A stretch of 64,000 nucleotides of DNA from Schmidtea polychroa (taxonomy: Eukaryota). Positions 40,130 through 52,038 of the stretch are shown here, piece after piece. The translations under genes and the position numbers were made by a program. Each line of letters opens with the position of its first letter. Position 1 is the first letter of the stretch. The notes under the pieces are model-generated. The model had not been told where the DNA came from. It did not search any database and saw only the letters and a list, made by a program, of their open reading frames with translations. The stretch spans positions 13,640,001-13,704,000 of the forward strand of contig CM097887.1 of assembly GCA_044892525.1 (NCBI GenBank). The letters are read 5' to 3'.

Positions 40130-40557
40130 TGTCTCCTGTAAAAAATGTATGGCGGGACAGTCAGGCCTTTTGTATGTTTTGCGGGATACGATTTATTACA
40201 ATTACAAAGTTGAGATAAGATAACAATAAAATACAACTAACGAATAACGTTATTAAACTTTTATTAAGTAACAAAAAGAAAGACCTTAATTGATTGTCCT
40301 CGGTTAGGATTATTTCGAAACACTTGAAATCAATTATTCTTTTGAATCACTCTCGAGATCAGTTATTCTTTTGAAACACTTTTGAAATCAGTTATTCTTT
40401 TGAAACGCTTTTGAAACAATTATATGTTTTGTAAATTATATCCACGATTTCCTAATAGTTTTGATATTCTTTTTTTATAGATTTTTTTATTTATTTTCAA
40501 TTTTTGTATAGTAAATTATCGCTATATAGTTTCTTTTAATCATTTTGAAACGCGACA
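40130..40557. repeat. Small solo-LTR-like repeat (paralog of 39301-39742)
   Basis: TGTCTCCTGTAAAA...CGCGACA termini; internal ~28-bp tandem repeats (TTATTCTTTTGAA core); no TSD. Confidence 0.45.
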
Positions 40558-40646
40558 TACATCAAACGAGATATCTGACAGTTGTAAACTCTTGTTAAAA
40601 GAAGTAAAATATAACTGTACATTACAATGATAATAACTGATATATT

Positions 40647-42022
40647 TGTTGAGGCCTCGATATTCAAAAACACTCAACTTGTCTGGTTCTTATATAACAA
40701 ATAACAATAAGACTATTTGGTAAAGTTTTATTACTAAGAAAAAATTCACCTTTTAATTATACACAAATTGTCTTTCGAGCTTTTCCAAAATTTGCTGATC
40801 AAAAAGAAACAGATGCGTGTTATATTTTTTGTTAGAATGTTATGTTGCGTGTTATATGATCAAATGTAGAAAATCTTCTGGTAGACTTTTTTGTTCTGTC
40901 TTAATTTAAAATCTCGTAGAGATTACCTCTTCAAGATTTAGGAGATTATTAAAAAATTTTGGGCGAATTTACTAAATTTTGTTGTGCTATATATACTATT
41001 TTAAATGTTAATGAAATAAAATATTTTAATTTCCGGCATATACGCACGGAATATGATATATTAATTATATTATATTTGTTTTGCTACCATCTGTTAAACA
41101 TTACGTGTTATGTACTTATTGAATATTGCATGTTTTATAATTTAATATTTCTTCTTACTCTATTCGTTAAGACAGCTGTTTCTTTTTAATACTCATAAAC
41201 GAGATCGCTGATTATTTTATATTATTATTGTTTTATTTATTTATTTCTAAAATTAATTATTATTTACCCTTTTGTAAAATATTTAATATGTAAAGGGAAA
41301 GATATATTAGCAAGCTACAAAATAGAATAAAATAATATACATATATACACCAATAAAAGATTAAAATAATTAAAAATAGTCACATATAAAGGATCAAATT
41401 AAATATCAATATAGAGAGTTTTATTTACATTGGATTGCGAGAGATCTAATTGCGTTCCTTATATACACATATTTCACGCTCGATAGGGAAGGGAGGATAG
41501 TTGATTTTACATATTTAACTTCAAAATGAAATATAAATGAAATGCAAATGAAAAAATGAAATGTAAATAAAATGTTTAATTCACCATTGATCAGCCAGGG
41601 CTCCACTGCAACATTGGTGCGTAGCCCCCTGAAGGGAACCACGCTCTGCTACCATGTTTTTTTTTAAATCCAGCAAATCCGAAATCTCGAACATAAATCC
41701 AAAATCGATACTGAGAATCAAAAAAAACTGAATAATAACTCGACAATTGTCCGCCTCTGTGTGCGGACACAAATCAATTCAAAATCCAAGCCGAAAACGC
41801 ACACAGACGCGAGAATACTCAACCGATAATTAACCATCACAAAAAAATGACACTGATCGCATCTGTGTGCGCATACAAACACAAACACCCTCTCCGAATA
41901 CAACGCGCACACAATCGCGAATTAACCTCATAATTCACCATTGACCCTATATTAGTTTGGCCCTGTTCTATAATACTTATCTAGGGTAAATGAAGTGATG
42001 GACCTGCCCTCATCATCTAACA
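40647..42022 (-). mobile_element. Solo LTR related to the 44141-57093 element
   Basis: TGTTGAGG...TCATCATCTAACA termini match the 55982-57093 LTR; 4-bp TSD TATT (40643-40646, 42023-42026); patchy internal homology. Confidence 0.88.
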
Positions 42023-43189
42023 TATTAATTAATAATCGTTGAGATTATAATTATCATGTGATAGTAAACAATTATATTAATAATGAGTTGGATAATATTA
42101 ATTTTAATTCTGGCATAATAAATATGCCAACAAAAATAATATTGATGATTAGCATGTGTATGAAAAGTATTATGATAAATATATCTACTGTCGACATCTC
42201 AAATACATGTATTTATAAATTCTAAAAACGAGAACTTGTCAGTTTAAAACGTATATTTAAAATAAAATTTTACCAAATATAATGTACAGCTTCTTTTACA
42301 AATTAATAATGATTCAAATTATGCAATAACTTTCCACCAAAAGCGTGTTGTATGCTATGTAGTGAATGTAGAATTTAAACTGTTAGACGTTTTTGTCAGT
42401 CTATTATTAACAAGTAATTTTATTTTCTGACTCTTCGTTCCCTTTTCCAATAAAATAACTTAAACCCAACTTAAAACAAATTAATTCAAACTTTACCACA
42501 ATTACAATTAGTCACTCGATTTGCACCTTTCGCAGATATTTGTTATCGCAAAGTACGTTGCCAAAGGGATAATTTTCTGTTACGATAGTTTATAATTCTC
42601 TTTAGTTTACTTGAATTCTTTTCTTTCTTTAGTTCTCTTAAATTTTCGTAAACGCCCACTGATATTGTTTTCTTCGACTAATTGGAGGCTCGTCTCTTTT
42701 CTATATTTTTTGCTATACTTTTCTGAGAGGCGTTATCCGATATTGGGTAAATGTTATTTTAATTTTAGGGATTATCGGCATTTTTCTAACACGTTGGTAT
42801 AGCGTAATTTTTAATCTTCCGGGAATTATTGGAATCCTACCAATTTCATTCCTAACTGGCACTTGGTCTAGTTCGCTTCAACTTCCTTTGAGGATTGTTT
42901 AATAAACTGGGCTTCAGTGAGATCCTAATAATAATAATTATTGGATTTTTTCTTATTAATTTAATAATTGGCACATTTATACCAATAATAATAATGAAAT
43001 AAAAATACTAATAACGATAATAATAGTAATATCAATAATAAATACTAAGAGATTAAAACATAAACAAGAAAAAAAAATTAATCATGGAAAACAATAAATA
43101 AAAACAAAGAAAATGGTAAAACAGCAAATTACAAACAAAATTGCCAACAGAAATTAATAAAAATAAGAAATAATACATAGATTAAATTA

Positions 43190-43391
43190 CAGTCATACCC
43201 CGGTTAACGTTGTTAAATGGTTCCAGAAAAACGCGATGTTAACCGAAACAACGTTATACGAAGTATTATAATTAAGAAAAAAATTCATAGCTATGTGAAT
43301 CAAATGAAAATTATGTACAAAAAAAGATTTGGTGGACCGACGTTACAGCGAAACAACTTTATTCGAGGCAACGTTATCCGGGGTATGACTG
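43190..43391. mobile_element. pogo/Tigger-like MITE (202 bp)
   Basis: TA-CAGTCATACCCCGGTTAACGTTG ... CAACGTTATCCGGGGTATGACTG-TA (22/23 TIR match). Confidence 0.9.
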
Positions 43392-43966
43392 TAATTAATA
43401 AATTAACAAAAGAAAACAAATAAATAACATGAGAAAAGCAGTTAAAAACACAAAAATAAGAAAAAACATTAAAACACACACTAAGTCCTGATTGTTGATT
43501 CCCTCAACTTTTCAAAACTCTTAAACAGGGAAAACCTAATTATTGTAATTTCAACTTCGAAAACTCTGATACAGCCTACCAAATTCAGTACGTGAATAGC
43601 ATCGATTTTCAAATTAGAGAACTCATCAAACGGGAAAGAGTAAAATTTGAATTTTATTTTATTTTTATTGTATTACAAATGAATATAAGTATTATTGTAA
43701 TTGTCATGAAGCAAAATATTATATGAAACCACAACATTATGTCTTCTCTCTTCACGTATCCAGTGACGATACCGCTTGAAGATTCTGAATATGATAGCTT
43801 CACATGAAGTAAGCATTGAGAGCTGTATGTCAATATGCCAAACAATAGCAGGATTGAGAGTATTGCTGGGCTAAATCTTGAGGATGATGAAAGTGGATCG
43901 AATGCGAGAAAAAGAACCCCACAAAATAAATAAAATAAGATAAAAATAATTGTAACCAAAAATAAA

Positions 43967-44140
43967 TGTGGGTAAGTCCTTCTATGGCACCTTTGAACTC
44001 GAACAGCGAGATTGCTAAGAGTAGTCCTAAGTTAGGGGCTCACCTGTTAGTGAACTCCGACCCATGTGCGCAGAACCAACGTATGACATCACCCCGGGCA
44101 CACACGAGGGAAATTCGTAAGGTCATCCTGGATATACAGG
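43967..44140 (+). repeat. Terminal module of the three-member family (copy 3), interrupted by the Gypsy insertion and resuming at 57098-57174
   Basis: GTAAGTCCTTCTATGGCA and GAGTAGTCCTAAG..AGG.GCTCACCTG shared with 28664-28930 (minus); ends ...ATCCAACA at 57174. Confidence 0.65.
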
Positions 44141-45443
44141 TGTTGCGGTCTCGATATTCGGGAACNNNNNNNNNNNNNNNNNNNNNNNNNNNNNNNNNNN
44201 NNNNNNNNNNNNNNNNNNNNNNNNNNNNNNNNNNNNNNNNNNNNNNNNNNNNNNNNNNNNNNNNNNNNNNNNNNNNNNNNNNNNNNNNNNNNNNNNNNNN
44301 NNNNNNNNNNNNNNNNNNNNNNNNNNNNNNNNNNNNNNNNNNNNNNNNNNNNNNNNNNNNNNNNNNNNNNNNNNNNNNNNNNNNNNNNNNNNNNNNNNNN
44401 NNNNNNNNNNNNNNNNNNNNNNNNNNTATAAAAATTTATTATGATCAAAAATTACCAAATCTACACAAATTCCAATTCCAAGAGTGTTAACAATTATTTA
44501 TCAATTCCTTCTACTAAGATGCTTGTTAAGATATATGTATTTGTTATTTGTTATGTATGCGTGTTATACCTTAGTATGTTTCGTTTAGTATGTGAATAGT
44601 TCTGTGCTGATTCGATTATTAATTTATTCGAAGGATTAACCTTTGAATAAGAGCTTTTTTTCGCAAGATTTTTGGGCGACTAAAACTAATTTTTTGTCGC
44701 TATTTATACAGATTTTTAGGGCAGCTGTTATTTAATAATACTTATAATTTAATTTATTATTATTTTCATACTTATAATTCTATTTTATATTATTATTTTC
44801 ATACTTATAATTCTATTTTATTTCACAAGTATTTTTAAGAGAAAATTTAAATAATTAGTTTTCTATTTCATTTTAAAAGTGTTTTTTAAGACACTTATTA
44901 ATTTCTAAAAATTTTTTCAGCTGTTTATTAAAAATTAACTAAAATTTATTGTTATTGAATTAAGAGTTAATTAAAATTTATTGTTATATTATTTATCTTT
45001 ACTTATAAAACTAATTATTAATGATTTAATTTACCCTTTTATAAAAATATTAAATATGTATACAGAAAGATATATTAAATAAAATTAACAATCTACTCAA
45101 AAATATGTACAAAATTCTATAGAATAAAAATGATTAATATATACACCAATAACGAAATAAAATAAAGAATAGTCACAAATGACACAGGATGCATAAAGTA
45201 AATAATGAATTTAGTCAACACATGATTGTCAATATTTTGAATCAATATTTTGAATTTTCTGGCTCATCTGTTTAACTTGGGCTCCACATAAATAAGCAGA
45301 TCGTTGGATTGAATTGGTTTGCCTGGAATTGGGTTGCTTGTTGGAACATCTATCTATCTACGCTCTTCTGCGTGTCCCATCTTTATTAAATTTCAATTCT
45401 ATTTGAGATGGTTCTATATAAATGTCTTCATCATCATCCGACA
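44141..45443 (-). repeat. 3' LTR (contains an N-gap)
   Basis: No differences seen from the 5' LTR over ~44427-45368; starts TGTCGGATGATGA on the minus strand directly after the PPT. Confidence 0.9.
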
Positions 45444-45458
45444 TATCCTCCTTTTTCT
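45444..45458 (-). other. Polypurine tract
   Basis: AGAAAAAGGAGGATA immediately 5' of the 3' LTR TG. Confidence 0.8.
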
Positions 45459-45483
45459 ACGATTGCATATATCACTTTGACGA

Positions 45484-47105
45484 TCATTGTGGTTTGCCAT
45501 GCTGGAAATGGTTCTGGTTCACGAACATTCTATTTATACGTTTATCCTTGTCCCATTTTCTATGGTGCCTGATTACCTGGTATGCCAGGTTTGACAATTT
45601 TATCTTGTGTGGCGCAACGTTTTTGACGTACGAGCACATAAATATATCTTCTGACATTTCTCTAACTCCCATAACATTGTATAGATCTAATGTGAGAGCT
45701 TTGAGTTTCCCGATGATGTCGAATCCTACGACTATTTTCCACAAAGTAACTGTTGGATTTCTACCAGTGCTTCGTATTCATCTTTATTTCCGATGATATT
45801 TTCCTTGTTGGCCTTTGTCTTCTCTGGGTAGTAATGTAGTATTTTCGTTCTAGGTGTAATTTTCTCATCAAATATTGTTACACCTTTGAAATTCCGTATG
45901 CTGACCTCCACTGGCCTTAAGTTATTGTTGATGTCGCATACTAATTTTGCATCTACAAATATTATCAGATGATGTCTCTCCACCGTGGATAGTTCCTTGT
46001 GGGTAAATGACATTTTTTTCCTGATAAAATCTCTATGCTTATAGATGTTCGATTTGATGAGTTCTAACTGCTGAAATGGGTTTGGAATGGTGGGTACGTA
46101 TAATATTTCGATCGCTATGACACAGGGTAGGCTGTTCATTTGGACTATCAATTCATTGTAGTCGTTTGGGACACTCCGATCATTTTTTGTAGTTTTTATT
46201 GTTACGCGGCAATTGCTCGTGGTGATTATTGGTATTCTCTGTTGGCATATTGCTACCTCTGTTTTTGTGATATGAAATAAGATTCTATGGGGCACTTTCT
46301 TTCCAGTTCTTGCCGCCTCCTGTGCATTGGAGAATCTGTCATACGCTCCGATTAATTCTCTTAGTTTGACTCTTCTTGCTTCGTTAAATTGGATAAGGTG
46401 CAATTCCCTTTCTTCTATCTCGATTTTCATATCATTGGGAATGCAGACTTGGTTGGGGAAGCTTCTAATAGTAATGGGAGTGCCATCTGTGCTGATCTTA
46501 TTTTGCAGGTTTTTATAAAAGCTGTGGTAGTGTTTCTGTAACATCGGTACGTATTTCTTTATTTTCTGAGTTTCAGGATTGCGTTGGACTTTGGTTCTTT
46601 GAGAATGCATGTGAACTGATGTATGTGGGTGCATTGGTTTATTTGTTTGAAGATTGATTTGGTAGAGATGATTATTTTCTTGTCGATTATCTTGATTGGA
46701 TTGATTCGATTGACTGATTTGACTTTGGGTTTTTGGAGGATCGATTTGATTAGGCTGATTCGATTGGTTTATTAGGAGATCGATTTGATTGAGTTGATTC
46801 GATTGGCTGAATAGGCTTCTTATTATTATTCTAAAAACAAACAATGAATATTTATGCTTGTTGCGCATTTGAGGTTTAACCTTATACGCAGTTATATAAA
46901 TATTAATATATATACTTTTATCATATATCATTGACCAATTTACATAATTAAAATTTTTTAAGTTATTATACCAGTGTGGACAGAGTATATTGTCCAGGGA
47001 TATATTTGTCCAAGTGAAAATGCCCTGGTGCTTCTTTGACCAGTCGGTGCCGATACCGCTGCCTTTTCCACTTGTACTTTTTATAAACTTGTAAACTAGT
47101 GACAA
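45484..47105 (-). CDS. Accessory 3' ORF: Q/N/S-rich repeats, unknown domain, C-terminal REX4/ISG20-like DEDDh exonuclease fold (frameshifted, catalytic motifs degenerate)
   Basis: FVDAKLV...VEVSIRNFKGVTIFDEKITP...EIQQLLCGK joins KIVVGFDIIGKLKAL by one base in an A-run at ~45737, matching LDCE...RVSIVN..G....D....P...LL.GKILVGH.L..DLKAL. True start unknown. Confidence 0.65.
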
Positions 47106-47800
47106 TTGCTAAAATCGCGAATGATACTACACTTGTAGCTATTACATAAAAAGGCCATTGTGGTTTACTTGCTTTCTTTTGAAAGACTTGTAATTCGTTC
47201 CAGTTATTTATAACTATCGGTTTTCCTGTAGGTAATTTTATCAGTTTCCTATCAGACTGTCTTGGATTTTTCATTGTTAATTTTTTATATATTTGTCTAA
47301 CCGCTTTAAATGTCGTTTTCCTATATATATTCGTTATCGTTTGTGATATAGGATGTGTGGGTGTTGAATTTATAGTAATTGTTTTTCTGGATGTTGATAC
47401 CCTTTTCTTTTTTGGTTTTTTTATTCTAAGTCTGTTTATTTTAGTAGTTTTTAGTCTTTTACACCTTATCTGTGATGTGTCAACTAATGTATTCCATTGT
47501 GCACAAAGTGTGTAATTAGTGTTGGGTTGCAGATTTCCGAATTCAACATTATCCCCTCTTTCAAATTCATTAGTTGATCTATTTTCAATTTTTTTCATAA
47601 GTTTGGGTATATTATCCCTAGTTTCCAGATACAAGTCTCTTATTGGTGATTTATTTAAGTTATATACTCTAATTTTATATGGTGAAATGTTGATTAAAAT
47701 ATCTTCAGCCATGTATTCTACTGAGTGTATGTTTTCGTTTTCCACTTCAGTTGATTTACACAACCCTATAATTGTTAAAAATGTCGCTGCCATCATCAGT
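46966..47800 (-). other. Post-integrase extension of Pol: hydrophobic leader, FN3-like domain, T/K-rich stalk, TM and basic tail
   Basis: LMMAATFLTIIGLCKS; FGNLQPNTNYTLCAQW (FN3 L.P.T.Y signature); WPFYVIATSVVSFAILAIVTSL followed by KKYKWKRQR. Confidence 0.7.
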
Positions 47801-50800
47801 GCTTTTTGCGATCGTAATCCATATTTGTGAGGTGGTTTTTCTACTAACTCTGTTTCTGCTAATTTGCATCTGTTAACATGTACTATTATAGGATCCTCAT
47901 TTTTATGTTTTTGTAAATGCAGGTTTTCATGTATTACTTTTACTACCTCGTATGGTCCTTTAAATGGTCTTGCTAATTTAGTTGTTTTGCCTTTTCCTAC
48001 TTGTGGAGACATAAGTCTAACTTTATCTCCCACTTTAAAATTATGAGGTTTGCTATTTTTATCGTAATCTGCTTTATATTGTTCTTGTCTGAATTTAACT
48101 TTTAAATTTGCAACCTTGTATACCTCTTGTAATCTCTCTTGCATTAATGTTACATAATCTGGCGCATCTAAATATTGTGATACTCGAGGCTCAAAAATTG
48201 TATCAATCGGTGTCGCCGGCTCTCTTAAGAACATTAGAAAATATGGTGAATATCCCGTTGTCTCATTTGGTGTGATATTATGGATGTATGTACATTGATT
48301 AACGTATTCATCCCAATCATTTTGGTTTTTCCCCACAAACACAGCTAATCTACTTAGCAATGTCCCATTGAATCTTTCTACTAAACCATCGGTCTGAGGG
48401 TGGTATGCTGTTGTGTTGATTTTATGCATGTTAAATATGTTAGCTACTCTTTTTATAGTTTCACTCATGAAATTTTTCCCTTTATCTGTTAGTAATTTTT
48501 TCGGTGTACCGATTTTAAAGATTATTTTTTCCACAAGTAATTTAGCTACTGTTTCTGCTGTTTCATCTTTTGTAGGAAATGCCTCTGCCCATTTTGTAAA
48601 ATAATCGCTAAAAACTAGTATGTGCTTATTCCCCTTAATTGTTGTGGGTAGTTTACACAAAAAATCCATTGCGCACAATTCCATTGGTGATGTTGTAGCT
48701 GGGATTGGATGTAAAGGTGCTTTAGTTTTTGTTCCTGTATTTTTTCTAGTTGCGCATATTGTGCATGAATTACACCATCTCTTGACATCCTTTTTCAAAT
48801 CGTCCCAATAATATTTTTGCATCAATCTGCTTGCTGTTTTCCTACTTGATAAATGACCTCCTAAAGCACCATCGTGGTATTGTAACAGAAGAATTTGTCT
48901 TAATCTTTGTGGTACTACTATTAATTGTTTACCGCTAAAATCCTCAATAACAATTAACTTCTTACAGATTTTATACTTTTGGTTAGTTCCCTTTTTTATT
49001 TCTTCTCTTATCTTGAAGAGTTCTGGATCTTTCATTTGTTCCTCATATATTTCTATTGGTTTTTCGGTTACTAATGCAAAAACTTCTAGTGCTCCTAACT
49101 CTGGAATTCGTGATAATGCATCTGCATTCCTGTTTATTCTACCTGGTTTGTATGCAATCTTTATGTGCATGTCTTGTATTTTCATTGCCCATTTTAACAG
49201 TCTACTGGATGTATCTTTATGTTTCCATAACCCTTCTAATGGCTTATGGTCTGTTCTAATTACTACTTCAGTTCCATATATGTATGGTTTAAATTGTTTT
49301 AATGCAAAAACTATAGCATAACATTCTTTCTCAATTGTTGAGTACCTAATCTGTGCTCCTTTTAATGTTTTGCTTGCATAAGCTATTACATAATCTTTAC
49401 CCTTTTCCTCTTCTTGTCCTAAGACTGCCCCTACGGCCTTCCCGCTGGCGTCTGTCATGACAATGAACTGTTTTTTAAAGTCTGGGTATCTTAGTATCGG
49501 TGCTGTTATTAATTTTTCTTTTAGTTGATCAAAAGCTTTTTGGTGTTCATCTTTCCATTTCTTTTGTGGCTTGTTAATTTTATCGTTAATTTCCTGCACT
49601 ATTAACACTCCTTTACTCTCTCCCTTTGTTTTGACTCCTTTTGTTAATTCAATTAGTGGTGCTGCTATTTTTGCATAATCTTGTATGAATTTACGATAAT
49701 ATCCTGTGAGACCTAAAAATCCCTGTACTTGTTGTAATGTTTTTGGAACTGGGAATTTTTTAACTACTTCAATTTTATCGGGATTAGGTATTATACCATC
49801 TACTGTAACTATATGTCCTAAGAATAATGCTGAAGGTTCTGCCCATTTACACTTAGTGGGTTTTATTTTGATTTTTGCTTTTCTTAATCTTTCTAGTACG
49901 TTAGCTATATCTTTTAGATGTTCCTCAAATGTTTTTGATGAAATTAATATATCATCCATATATACTGCGCAATGTTGTACGTCTACTAATACTGTATTCA
50001 TTAAACGTTGAAATGTTGCTGGCGCATTAGTTAACCCAAAAGGTAATCTTGTATATTCATATAAACCGTCTTCTATCACAAAAGCTGTCTTTTCCGCATC
50101 CCCCTCTTCCATTTGAATTTGCATGTAGCCTTTATTTGCATCTATTACTGTGAAATATTTAGTATCTCTAAGTTTATCATATTGTTCTTGTGCTTTTGGG
50201 AATGGGTATGAGTCTTTTACTGTTACATCATTTAATTTACGATAATCAATGCACATTCGAATTTCCCCGTCTTTCTTTCTAACTGGTACGATAGGTGATG
50301 CCCATTGTGAAAAACTTTGTTTTATTACGCCTGCCTCTTTTAATTCTTTAATTTGTCGTTTTATTTCCTCCCTCAGTTTATATGGTACACTATAGGGTCT
50401 CTGTTTTATTGGTCTAGCATTCCCTGTATCGATTACATGTTTGATAATGTCAGTATCTCCTAAATCAAATTCGTGTTTTGCAAAAACATCACTGTATTCG
50501 TCAAGTAATATTTGTAGTTGTAGTTGTTGTGTTTCATTTAGATAATTATTATTTATTTTAATTTTATCATAAAATTTGATATTATTCGCTCTACTCTGTT
50601 CGACCATTCTTTCACTGACATCCTTCGTCATCGACATCTCACATACTTCAAATGTTTGCTCTAATTCACCTTTGAACAACTTTCCCAATTTTGTACCTTT
50701 ATGAATTTTCACTTTATTCCTTTCGTAATTTGCGATTCTTATTGGAATTATCCCATTATTTGGAACTACACACTCGTCTGTTAACATTACATTATGATTT

Positions 50801-52038
50801 CGTGATATTGCCGTTTCAGACTCGAAAATGAAAGTGTCCTCACTTTTAACATTAACTTTTACTGGAATTATATGATCACTTTGATACTCTAGTTCGAATG
50901 TCTCTAATGCAATTACCTCAGTAAATCTTGCGTCTTGATATATTGCTTTCCGTTTAACTGTACTATCCGTTAAATCGATTACACAGTTTTTTAACTTTTT
51001 GAGTATGTCCATCCCAAGGACACACATGCATTTACATTCTGCTACTACCTTGAAGACATGTTCAATCACTTGATCTGAAAAGTGGACTGTTAATTCGATA
51101 TCGCCTTTTAATGGTATGTAGTGTGATGATAATGAAATTACTCTATCTCTTGTACTCACGATATTCTTCTTTTGATTTTCGGTTAACTGATCTTCACGAA
51201 TCATAGAAGCTGCTGCTCCTGTGTCACATAATGCCTTTATTATTGTATTATTTATCACTATTTTTAGCTTAGGCCTTGCTTCATTTAACCCTTCTAATAA
51301 ATCATCATGTTCTAACCCGTAACATCCATAAGTTTTCCTTGGAACACAATGACAATTACCATTTTCACCTGGGATTCTAATTTCAATATTATTTCTCAAT
51401 TCTGTCAATTGTTCTCTTTGATTATCATATAACCCAATATGTGGTTGCTCAATATTTACCGATTTGTTTGCCTCGTCATCTTTCTCATTGGTGATCATTA
51501 TTTCATCCTCTTCCCTTCGACTTTTCATCCGTTTGATTTCTTTGGCGTGCTTCGCAGTGATCAAATATTTGGCTATGAATGGACATAAACATGCCATCAT
51601 TTTATATGAATTACCAAAAACTTGTCTCAGTTGTCTTAACAAAACTAATGATGAGCAAATCATTTTCAGTAGTGCTACTGTATAATATATACCCAATATA
51701 GTGGAAAACGTATTCCCTAGAATCGCAAAATATCCCCATATGCTGTATAATACTCTATATACAACTTTCTTGAAGTGCTCTTTTGATAATAATACATCAA
51801 AGTTGTAATTCCCACCGTAACTATTCTCGATGATTTTGTTTACCATAATTGAAAGAACTTTTTCTTTTTCATGAGGAAATAGCATATGTTTTCTGGCGCT
51901 CTCTATCGCCTCTCTCGTATACATCCCATTGTTATCCATTTCGTTCACTTCCTGAAATTCTAACTTTTTCTCCAGTTCAGTTAATTCTAATTTTTGTGGT
52001 TTAGTCGCTTCCTTTCTATCTGACATTGTAATCCACAT
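46966..52038 (-). CDS. pol: Env C-terminus fused in frame to Pol (PR-RT-RNase H-integrase) plus membrane-protein extension
   Basis: LCDTGAA (D at 51225), RMCIDYRKLN, YMDD (49951-49962), TDASG/TDHKPL RNase H, H-x7-H/C-x2-C zinc finger, DDE integrase; uninterrupted for 1690 codons. Confidence 0.97.
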   Translation of the reverse strand: MWITMSDRKEATKPQKLELTELEKKLEFQEVNEMDNNGMYTREAIESARKHMLFPHEKEKVLSIMVNKIIENSYGGNYNFDVLLSKEHFKKVVYRVLYSIWGYFAILGNTFSTILGIYYTVALLKMICSSLVLLRQLRQVFGNSYKMMACLCPFIAKYLITAKHAKEIKRMKSRREEDEIMITNEKDDEANKSVNIEQPHIGLYDNQREQLTELRNNIEIRIPGENGNCHCVPRKTYGCYGLEHDDLLEGLNEARPKLKIVINNTIIKALCDTGAAASMIREDQLTENQKKNIVSTRDRVISLSSHYIPLKGDIELTVHFSDQVIEHVFKVVAECKCMCVLGMDILKKLKNCVIDLTDSTVKRKAIYQDARFTEVIALETFELEYQSDHIIPVKVNVKSEDTFIFESETAISRNHNVMLTDECVVPNNGIIPIRIANYERNKVKIHKGTKLGKLFKGELEQTFEVCEMSMTKDVSERMVEQSRANNIKFYDKIKINNNYLNETQQLQLQILLDEYSDVFAKHEFDLGDTDIIKHVIDTGNARPIKQRPYSVPYKLREEIKRQIKELKEAGVIKQSFSQWASPIVPVRKKDGEIRMCIDYRKLNDVTVKDSYPFPKAQEQYDKLRDTKYFTVIDANKGYMQIQMEEGDAEKTAFVIEDGLYEYTRLPFGLTNAPATFQRLMNTVLVDVQHCAVYMDDILISSKTFEEHLKDIANVLERLRKAKIKIKPTKCKWAEPSALFLGHIVTVDGIIPNPDKIEVVKKFPVPKTLQQVQGFLGLTGYYRKFIQDYAKIAAPLIELTKGVKTKGESKGVLIVQEINDKINKPQKKWKDEHQKAFDQLKEKLITAPILRYPDFKKQFIVMTDASGKAVGAVLGQEEEKGKDYVIAYASKTLKGAQIRYSTIEKECYAIVFALKQFKPYIYGTEVVIRTDHKPLEGLWKHKDTSSRLLKWAMKIQDMHIKIAYKPGRINRNADALSRIPELGALEVFALVTEKPIEIYEEQMKDPELFKIREEIKKGTNQKYKICKKLIVIEDFSGKQLIVVPQRLRQILLLQYHDGALGGHLSSRKTASRLMQKYYWDDLKKDVKRWCNSCTICATRKNTGTKTKAPLHPIPATTSPMELCAMDFLCKLPTTIKGNKHILVFSDYFTKWAEAFPTKDETAETVAKLLVEKIIFKIGTPKKLLTDKGKNFMSETIKRVANIFNMHKINTTAYHPQTDGLVERFNGTLLSRLAVFVGKNQNDWDEYVNQCTYIHNITPNETTGYSPYFLMFLREPATPIDTIFEPRVSQYLDAPDYVTLMQERLQEVYKVANLKVKFRQEQYKADYDKNSKPHNFKVGDKVRLMSPQVGKGKTTKLARPFKGPYEVVKVIHENLHLQKHKNEDPIIVHVNRCKLAETELVEKPPHKYGLRSQKALMMAATFLTIIGLCKSTEVENENIHSVEYMAEDILINISPYKIRVYNLNKSPIRDLYLETRDNIPKLMKKIENRSTNEFERGDNVEFGNLQPNTNYTLCAQWNTLVDTSQIRCKRLKTTKINRLRIKKPKKKRVSTSRKTITINSTPTHPISQTITNIYRKTTFKAVRQIYKKLTMKNPRQSDRKLIKLPTGKPIVINNWNELQVFQKKASKPQWPFYVIATSVVSFAILAIVTSLQVYKKYKWKRQRYRHRLVKEAPGHFHLDKYIPGQYTLSTLV

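Noticed and set aside
39301-40557. The two small TG..CA repeats as paired LTRs of one element
   Set aside because: They are too diverged from each other, with no shared TSD, PBS or PPT.
42600-42900. Minus-strand LPNIG.RLSEK as a Penelope RT-EN linker
   Set aside because: Single weak motif among many stops.
45725-45745. Programmed -1 frameshift at T GGA AAA in the exonuclease ORF
   Set aside because: Not a canonical X XXY YYZ heptamer, and no clear downstream structure; a 1-nt loss in an A-run is simpler.
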